A stretch of 64,000 nt of DNA from Lingula anatina (Eukaryota; Animalia; Brachiopoda), in the NCBI GenBank assembly GCA_051362555.1, contig CM120642.1:6944001-7008000 (forward strand). Direction: 5' to 3'. Position numbers and translations under genes: made by a program. The notes under the pieces are model-generated. The model had not been told where the DNA came from and made no database searches. It saw only the letters and a list, made by a program, of their open reading frames with translations. Shown in pieces: positions 54,837-64,000 of the stretch (its first letter is position 1; each line of letters opens with the position of its first letter).

Positions 54837-56948
54837 TTTAACTTCGCATTGCATTAGTTGAGCTGTCACCTCGACGCAGCAATTTATCTACTGATTACAT
54901 TCCAGGTACCAGAACATCCTTTTTACATGCATGATCAGTGGATAATGGGAAATGGTGAATGGAGATTTCGTATTTAGACACCTAAATTGGCCCCAGGCCT
55001 ACAGACCATGTACTTAAAATATGGAGTATCCCAGCTGGTACCAGTAGGGCCTACAGGGGCGGATTTAGTGGGGGGTCAGGGGGGTCTTGCCCCCCCCCTT
55101 CGATTTCTGAAAAATATACCGCACCCATATCCCCATACTAAAATACTACTTTATAATATTATTGAGGCTTCATATATAAGATCTTGAAATTTCATTTTTA
55201 AAAGATAGACATAAACAAAAGCGGCCCCAATTTTTTTTAACATTGTTTTTCTTAGGCCTATATAGGCCTATCTCTTTATTTAGATGCCGTAGCCTACGTG
55301 TCACTTAGAATAGAGGAGAGGTAAGTCCAGTATTTCATATAGGCCTATGAAAGATTTATCATTTGTTTATGAAAAGCTTTCAGGTGTCCATGAGCCTTAA
55401 CATAGGCTACTCAGTTTCCAAGACAACGATGAGCGGGAAGTCGTGCACCATATCCCAAAATCTCACTTTCTACGGCAACATAATATTAAAGCTGCCTTTA
55501 TTCATTAATGTGATTATAATGAAGGTGCATTTAAGCCTATTTGTTGCCAGTCCGACGGAACTGAATCTTTTATGCCTTCAGGCATTTAATTACTAAAGGG
55601 CGTGACTTGACTAAATAGGCCTATATAGGGCCTGCTCGTAGGCTATTTGTTACCAAAATGTCTATGAAAGTCGTCAATTCTTCGTGGCTAAATTATTTAT
55701 TTATTCATTTATTCGATCGTTTGTTTGTTTGTTTGTTTTTTGTTGATTTGTTTGTTTGTTTGTTTGGTTGGTTTCCATCGTGTCAAATATGTTGTCATCT
55801 TCACAATATCACAACCTATACTCAGTATCTTTTCAAAACTATAATAAATAAACGTTCCGTAAACTTCGCCTCATTAAATCTCACCTCAAATTGTTTTACA
55901 CCCGACTTTATATTGAGCTTGCGTCACCGATCGATCCAAGCTCAAAGCCATAAATGCTCAAGAGATTTGCAGGCACGTAACGTATAAATTGGCTGGCTGA
56001 AAGAATTTGTTTCTACCTGAGAAAGAATCTCCTTCACAGCTCTTTTTCGTCCCTTTGGTGTGTGCGCTTTAAGAACAGTTTACTAAATATGTCACATCCT
56101 TTGTCTCTCTGTGTGAAAAGCACCGAAAAATCTTGAAAGATCACAGAAAAGAGGTTGATGATCTAGAACGACTAAGTGTTGATTAAATAATATAGGAGAA
56201 CAGAGGGAAATAGATTTTGAAGCGCATTTTCGTACCGCTGGATGGACTAGCATACACGTAAATGAGTATGTCAGCTCCCGGGGGACACACCGGTCAAGTG
56301 ACCCTCCTTTTGCTTCAGAGTTACACCTCTCTCCCTCTTCCCCCCCCCCCCCTTAAAAAATTAAAACGACTGAAATGAAACAAAATCAAACAATTTTGCA
56401 CATTATACTGTAGTACAATTGCCCTCGTGTACTGGTACTCTTTTTTATATCTATTTGCCGAGCTAAGGGAGTCGAATCTTTTTTCCTTGCGACCCCCCCC
56501 CCCCAACACACACACATACGCTTAAGGCAAAACCCGCCAGTGTCACTAATATGTACAGTAACAAAATAAAAAATTTAAACGGACACCAGTACTCCCCTCT
56601 GTAGACAAACTTGTCCTGGAATGAAGATCTAATCGAAAATTAAATTCAACTTTCTAGACACGTGTTGTGTGTTCAAGAGGCTCCACGTTCATGATAGCGC
56701 ATTTTAAGACGAGGGCGTTAATATTATCCTTGACAATGTTCGTACAGACCGGACCAACAGTTATTGTGCTTAAACATTAGAGACCCGAGAAACATCGAGC
56801 ACACAGAGTAAATTATCCACTGAGATCATTAGCCACTTTTATTCAATTATTTTTATTTGTTTTCTGGGCATTGTTGTTGACGCGCTCAAACAATCTCCCT
56901 GTGAGTACGCCGCACAATAACAAATATTGACTATTTGGTCGCGTCAGG

Positions 56949-59900
56949 ATGAGCAAAAGTAATAGATTCAGGCATGCCAACTTGGGTATTTTTCTACGGG
57001 AACGAAAGAGCTCGGTGGATTCCGGCGCTAAGGAGGAAGACCCAGAGTTGCAGAAGAAACATCAGGAAATTATCATGAATTTGTTGAAGGATTATGACCA
57101 AGAGGAGACGGAGAGAAGATACCGTAGTCACTCCCCATATGAATTTAAGATTGATCCACAGTCATTTAGTATAGACTGGTATGTATACCATGCTAAAGTA
57201 TTTGTAAATTTTTATCAACGGTTAGAGCAACAGTTAAACCGCCGATGGTGTTGAGAAAATATGTTTAATAGTAATACACGTACAGATTCCATGGCACGTT
57301 TAAACTGACGGAAAATGTTTGTTTAAACAACACTAAAAAAAAGAAAAAAGAGAGAAATGCTGTAATGGTTCATAGCTTGTGATGATAACGTACTAGGGAA
57401 AATGATTAAGTTGAAAAATTGTCTGCTTTGAAAAGTAAACTGAAAATATATAACTGCTACGTGGACACAATCTAACGAAGAGTGGACCAAACTCAAACTA
57501 ATTAAATCCAATTAAGATAAAGTTGATCGGATTTGAGCAGGTTATCGATTACGGGTTGCTGTTTTGTTTATTAGTATGTTTATTTGTTTATGGAAATGCT
57601 GGTTGCTTAGTAACAACATTAGCAGAGGGGTTGGCGTAAATACGTAAGTATTTGCTATACGTAGGTCCATGTTTGAGTTTTTTTTCCTGTTCAACTGTGC
57701 GTCTATATTTCCTATGGACACCATTGAAGCATACCCCTAAATAAATTTAATACATTTTAGTAAGTCGAGTTATTTTATATTCTGCTTATACTTGTATATC
57801 AGATTTTTTTATTTATTGTTTTTTCCTTTTAACAACATTTCTTGAGTATTCTCCGCTAATATTACAGTGTTGGAGCCGAGGGAAGCAGGGCTAAGAGGAA
57901 GGAAATGTTTTTTGCTCTTCTTACATTTTTCCAACCACGTCAGTTATAACTGCAGAAAGCGGCAACGGCGAGGAGGACAGCCCCTCCACCCCTTTCCAGC
58001 AAATTAACTTCTTAATCGCCTTTGAATAATCATAGATTCACGTTTAATTTTCAGAGGCAACAGCAGACAGGTTGTAAAACCTACGATGAATAAATCCATA
58101 CACTTACTTTTGGAAAATTCTTTTTTTTTTTTTTTCAGTGAGGAACAAGCTCGCAAACATCAACGCCGTATGATCCAGCTGATGGGGAGTGACGTCTTGA
58201 GACTTAGGGACAGCGAATATACTGCGGAATTCACGCGGAAGCTAGACATTGAATATAAAGTAAGTATCCCAGGTGGGTTTTGGTGAGGGGTTGGGTGGGG
58301 GTGAGGGCGAGGGTGAAGGGACAAGAAGGAGCTGCAATGAAGTTAGTTCTTCTCCCCCACTAACCCAGGTCCAGGATGGATTCACTTTTTTCTACGAGTA
58401 TTTTTTTTTCCAAAGACATTAGTCAAAAGTGACGAGAAACAGGACCCATAGTGGATCATGTAAAATCGCCCAGGAGAAGGCGTCAACAAAATGAACAGCG
58501 GAAGGCAGATACGAGAACTAGAACGCCTTCAGTTTTGGAGGGTGGGGGAGAGGGGGCATATGCACATGTAGACATAACTAATATCCATATAACGACGTTC
58601 AACGCAAGCAATTTTTCACATTCTACAACCATTTTAGACCAAATATGTGCCTTCATACAACTCAAAAGATTTTGAATTTATGAATGAAAAAATTAAAATT
58701 GAAAAGCAAAAATTGGGCTTCGGTGCTTATATACATGTAGGTAAGCATTTGTGTTTTGCAAGATTATAATATACAGTACGGAGATGGATTGAGTACTGAT
58801 TGAGTTATTAAGAAATTTGTAGTGTATCATTAACCCGTATTATTTGACATTACAAAAACGTGCATGTATCAATATTGAATGGACACAAAAACCTGCGTGT
58901 CACAGGCAATATTCCCCATTCCTATGAAACGCTCAGTGACAAACCGGAGAAATAATACGAACAAAAGCCCCTTGGAAAATGGTTGATTATGTATCCGAAG
59001 ATCACCTGCCGAATGATTGATTTGGCTGTTTGTAATCTTATCTTTATCGGCACACTAAAACGATGATCACATCAGTTGCCCCGGTAACCAATGAAATATC
59101 AATAAACTTCACGCGCGGCTGACATCGTTTATGGGTGGCGATAAAATACCACCCGACGTAGATGTCGTAAAATACAGGTTAAGTGGGTCCATGTCGTGAA
59201 TAGATGATCTTAGGCCGGAAAGCCATAAATCTAGCCAACATCTTCCGGCTTTTGCAAGCTGATCACGACAATAGTTTTCAATTTATCTTCAGAATGAGCA
59301 TATGTATGTATTCCTGTTCAATTTGATCAATGGCAATGTGGGAAACCACTAGCAGGAATAATACCACAGGGATTCTTTTGTTTTGATATATACCCGTATA
59401 TAGACGTACGCGTCTTTTTCGTCACTTAATTATGTCACTCAGAAAAACGTTATATTTGTTTAGTTCAATAACAAGAACCAGATATGAAAACTCCCAGGTA
59501 AATTAAGAATCATTTTCACTTATTTACTATTCTTATCTTCCCGGCTGTTTATTTGTTTATTTGTTGCATGGATTAATTGATCGATTACGTGTACACAGGA
59601 TGCTATTGATTTTACAATTAAGCAATGTAGCTAGCAAGGTAGGACGACAATTGCCAAATGTTTAAGAATGTCTACAAAATGTCTTCCATTGTCTCTCTAC
59701 CATCCCTCTTTAAGATTTCAACACTTTGTACTTTTATTATGAAATTATATGTATGTAATCGGTGCATCTTTAATGCACACGCCCTATTTCTCTCAATCAA
59801 CAATATGCTCTGTATAATGAGGAAAGGTCCACTCCAAAATGACGGCTTTCTTGCAGAAAGGCGGAACTTTCGATGGACCCTCACAAAAATTCATATTAAT

Positions 59901-60633
59901 TTTTGCAGATACATAGCAAACTGCAATAGACAAACTACATCTAGAAGCAGCTGTAAACTAGCGATAAATTACTGGCCTCTGAGTAGGTCAACTAAGGGTG
60001 CTTTCCCAGAGATTTAGATCGATCTAGTGATTAAGATTTAGATCGACCTAACTCCCTGGGGGTTCACGCTAAATTGCAGTCAGCCGAGCGGGCACCATAG
60101 TTAATTACCCCCTTACAGCTTTTAGTAGGCGGGACAGACGCTTAAGCCGGCCAAGCTGACAGTAATCTAGTGAGACTCCCCACAGGGATAGATCGATCTA
60201 AAATCTATGGAAATGGGGTGTATGAGACTGTAAATATTTAGGGAGGCAATATTAATGTGTTTCTATAGATTAGAATTCGTTTTATGATGGTTTGAAGAAC
60301 ACGTGCAGGTCTGTCCTTCAATAGTTGGTATTATGGCTGTATAGTTTATAAAATAGTAGATCTGAAGGAATCCTTCCCTTCTTTCACCCTTGTATCATAG
60401 CTGTAAGAATAAAGGTTTTATTGACGTTTTAGGAGAAATTAGCTCAAAAGGAACGTGATCTGGCGGAGGGTGAAAGGCAGCGACTGCGTCACCTCATGAT
60501 GGAGGGGTTGATCGACAGTATCGACATCTATGACAAAGAAGAAAGAAGCAGAAAGAAACAGAGCCAGCAGTGCCCTTGGCGCGCTAGTTCTAAGTCCATA
60601 GATAAGAGTGATCATACACATCGAGTACGCTGA
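56949..60633 (+). CDS. Uncharacterised charged/coiled-coil protein, at least 3 exons (56949-57178, 58139-58259, 60433-60624 or 60633)
   Basis: Exon 1 ends TG|GTATGT (phase 2). Exon 2 starts after T-tract+CAG in phase 2 and ends AAA|GTAAGT (phase 0). Exon 3 starts after ttttag in phase 0: EKLAQKERDLAEGERQRLRHLMMEGLIDSIDIYDKEERSRKK. The reading frame is open throughout. It either continues via CGA|GTACGC or stops at TGA 60631-60633. Confidence 0.8.
59075..59088. promoter_or_regulatory. RFX X-box-like palindrome
   Basis: GTTGCC-CC-GGTAAC followed by CCAAT in a CpG-rich part of intron 2 of the coiled-coil gene. Confidence 0.35.
59996..60220. mobile_element. Small degenerate MITE, possibly PIF/Harbinger-like
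   Basis: Left end TAA-GGGTGCTTTCCCAGAGATTTAGATCGATCTA is inverted relative to TAGATCGATCTAAAATCTATGGAAA at 60189-60213; the GATTTAGATCGA motif is repeated internally. Confidence 0.5.
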
Positions 60634-60662
60634 GTGGATCTGCGAATTTGCCTTTCGGTTTT

Positions 60663-62073
60663 TATGTACAGACACAGATGTCTGATGTGTCTGTACATAT
60701 TGCCATCACCTGCGTCTGTCGTCGCCGTCGCCGTCCCTGTCGCCGTCCCTGTCGCCGTCGCCGTCGCCGTCGCCGTGCACTTTCATCGTTAACACGATAA
60801 GTGGAAGACAGTTTTACTTTTTGGCTTTATATTTACAGAGCTGATGAATATTCATAAAACCCAGGTCAAGTTCGAAAATCAGCATGTTTGGGCAATTATT
60901 GTAGTATTTATGCTGTGTTTTCACTTTTTAGCATATATGCAACACTGTTAACACATTTCAAGGAAAACCGATAGGCCTGTTGTCATGAAACTCACAGGAG
61001 TAATTAATCTTACTAAAACGCAGATCAAGTTCAAAAATCGGCATGATCGGGCCACTATTTTAGTAGTTATGCTGTTTTTTTCACTTTTCAGCATATGTGC
61101 AACACTGTTAACACATTTCAAGGAAAACCGATAGACCTGTTGTCATGAAACTCACAGGAGTAATTAATCTTACTAAAATGCAGGTCAAGTTCGAAAATCA
61201 GCATAATCGGGCCATTATTTTATAAGTTATGCTGTTTTTAAACATTTCCTCAGATTTAATTCTTAGGCATGTTAACAGTCTCATTATTTAACTAATAAGA
61301 TTCGTAAAAGTGTTTGTTTGACATTTCCTGCATCTTTACAACATTGTTAGTTGATTATGTAAAAATGATGGTAAACTTGTTATCATGTATTGTATAATAG
61401 AGTTTCAAAAATGGAAATAAACTCATACCATTGCAGTTTGTCAGATTCATTCATTCACTATGTTCAGAAACTCAGAATGGAGGAAATTGGACATTAAACA
61501 CTGTTCTATTGATATTTTTCCCATCTCATCAATTTTCTTAGTTGATCATATATAAATGGAAGTAAATTGTTAATTTTGTTATATGTTAAAAAATTGTTAA
61601 AAATGGAAAAAAACACATTTCAGGACAGTGCTGTCTTGTCTACATTTTGGCATTTTCAAGGTGTGACTTTGAAGTTCCTTTGGCCTAAAGACCTTTGCTA
61701 GGAACATTTTCTGAATATCCATGATACTAATATTTTATTATTAAAAATTGATGGTAATTATCCTGTTAAACATTATGTAATAGTGCATCAAAATTTGAAG
61801 ACACCCCTATTTTGGACACTGCTCCCATGATGACCATTTAAGGAAAACCATGTCACTTACTGTTCTCAAACTTACAGGAAGAAACATGGGACTTAATAAA
61901 GCTTCAGTGGGCAATGCAGACTATTTGGTAAATTTTTTTGGCAGTTTATCAGTTTTTTGTGAAAATTTAATTTTTCACATATTGGCATTTTCAAGGTGTG
62001 ACTTAGAACCTCCACGGGCTTGAAGACCCATGCTAGTCACATTTTCCGAAAATCCATGATACATATATTTTAT
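60663..62073 (+). mobile_element. Helentron/HINE (DINE-1-like) non-autonomous element, copy 1
   Basis: Starts in a T-run with a 14-bp hairpin TATGTACAGACACA/TGTGTCTGTACATA, then a (GTCGCC)n microsatellite (60718-60776), then about 160-bp internal tandem repeats (CAGGTCAAGTTCGAAAATC at about 60862, 61021, 61181). Confidence 0.7.
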
Positions 62074-64000
62074 TATGTACAGACACAGATATGTATGTAC
62101 ATATTGCCATCACCTGCGCCTGTCGTCGCCGTCAGCGATCATGTCGCCGTCACTGTTGCCGTGCACTTTCAGAGTTAACACCATAAGTGGAAGACAGTTT
62201 TACTTTTTGGCTTTATATTTACAGAGCTGATGAGTATTCATAAAACGCAGGTCAAGTTCGAAAATAAGCATGATCGGGCCATTATTGTAGAAGTTATGCT
62301 TTCTTTTTACTTTTCAGCATATATGCAACATCGTTAACACATTTCAATAAAAACCGATAGGCCTGTTGTCATGAAACTCATAGGGGTAATCAATCTTACT
62401 AAAACGCAGGTCAAGTTCGAAAATCGGCATGATCGGGCCACTATTTTAGTAGTTATGCTGTTTTTTTCACTTTTCAGCATATGTGCAACACTGATAACAC
62501 ATTTCAAGGAAAACCGATAGACCTGTTGTCATGAAACTCACAGGAGTAATCAATCTTACTAAAACGTAGGTCAAGTTCGAAAATCAGCATAATCGGGCCA
62601 TTATTTTATAAGTTATGCTGTTTTTAAACATTTCCTCAGATTCAATTCTTAGGCATGTTAACAGTCTCATTATTTAACTAATAAGATTCGTAAAAGTGTT
62701 TGTTTGACATTTCCTGCATCTTTACAACATTGTTAGTTGATTATGTAAAAATGATGGTAAACTTGTTATCATGTATTGTATAATAGTGTTTCACAAATGG
62801 AAATAAACTCATATCATTGCAGTTTGTCAGATTCATTCATTCACTATGTTCAGAAACTCAGAATGGAGGAAATTGGACATTAAACACTGTTCTATTGATA
62901 TTTTTCCCATCTCATCAATTATCTTAGTTGATCATATATAAATGGTAGTAAATTGTTAATTTTGTTATATGTTAAAAAATTGTTAAAAATGGAAAAAAAC
63001 ACATTTCAGGACAGTGCTGTCTTGTCTACATTTTGGCATTTTCAAGGTGTGACTTTGAAGTTCCTTTGGCCTAAAGACCTTTGCTAGGAACATTTTCTGA
63101 ATATCCATGATACTAATATTTTATTATTAAAAATTGATGGTAATTATCCTGTTAAACATTATGTAATAGTGCATCAAAATTTGAGGACACCCCTATTTTG
63201 GACACTGCTCCCATGATGACCATTTAAGGAAAACCATGTCACTTACTGTTCTCAAACTTACAGGAAGAAACATGGGACTTAAATAAAGCTTCAGTGGGCA
63301 ATGCAGACTATTTGGTAAATTTTTTTGGCAGTTAATCAGTTTTTTGTGAAAATTTAATTTTTCACATATTGGCATTTTCAAGGTGTGACTTAGAACCTCC
63401 ACGAGCTTGAAGACCCATGCTAATCACATTTTCTGAAAATCCACGATACGGATCTTTTATTATTAAAAACTGATGGTCATTATGCTGTTAAGCATTATGT
63501 AATATTGCATTAAAATAGAAGAAAACACAATTTTGGGTGCTGCTGCCATGATGACCATTATGGGAAAACCATGTTACTTATGATTGTCAAACTTTCAAAA
63601 AAGAAACAAAGGACTAAAATGCAGCCTGAGTTGGAAAAGCAGTCTAATTGGCTTCTTTTTCTGGAAGTTAAACATTTTAGTGAAATATTCATTTTTATCA
63701 TGTTGGCATATTCATTGTGGGACTCGAAGCTCCCATGGACATGAAGCCAAATGGTAATCAAATTTTCTACATGTCCATGCTATTTATAGTCAATAATCAA
63801 AAATTGGTGATAATTATTCTGTAATTTATTATGTAATGTTACATCAAAATTGACAAAAATCTTTTTCCACTGCTACTACAAACATTATGAAAAGAAAACT
63901 ATGTTACTTATTATTATTTTCAACTTACAAGTATGATTTGTAGGATTGGCATGCAGTTCAAATTAGAAAGCCAGCTCAAATGGGTTATCATTTATTATTG
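62074..64000 (+). mobile_element. Helentron/HINE-like element, copy 2 (runs to window end)
   Basis: Highly similar to 60663-62073 at an offset of about 1.4 kb, with the same modules (160-bp repeats at about 62248, 62407, 62567). Continues past the copy-1 breakpoint (about 63461) into further, more diverged units of about 335 bp. Confidence 0.7.

Noticed and set aside
55054-56541. CAGGGGCGGATTTAG ... AAAACCCGCCAGTG as the two ends of one hAT-like MITE
   Set aside because: The ends match poorly and there is no TSD; at most these are independent degenerate fragments.
60861-62620. Regularly spaced CAGGTCAAGTTCGAAAATC motifs as a CRISPR array
   Set aside because: The intervening sequences are themselves repeated (160-bp tandem units), the context is eukaryotic, and there are no cas genes.

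Overview
AT-rich, intron-containing animal genomic DNA (invertebrate-like; the species cannot be assigned from sequence alone). Three protein-coding genes are supported. (1) The mitochondrial aspartyl-tRNA synthetase DARS2 on the minus strand: 11 GT-AG exons from 54785 down to 41877 splice in frame to 391 codons, and I could not find the remaining C-terminal exons anywhere in 1-41876. (2) An intronless 785-aa type-I membrane leucine-rich-repeat receptor (32443-34800, +) with a Toll-like ectodomain but only a 45-aa tail and no TIR domain. It appears to be nested antisense inside a DARS2 intron of more than 41 kb. (3) An unrecognised coiled-coil protein gene (at least 3 exons, 56949-60633, +) arranged head-to-head with DARS2. 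Mobile DNA comprises a 5'-truncated CR1/L2-group LINE in DARS2 intron 1, a long-TIR MITE at 23852-24399, a small Harbinger-like MITE near 60 kb, and two adjacent copies of a Helentron/HINE-like modular element from 60663 to the window end. No prokaryotic features, CRISPR arrays, rRNA or tRNA genes were seen.
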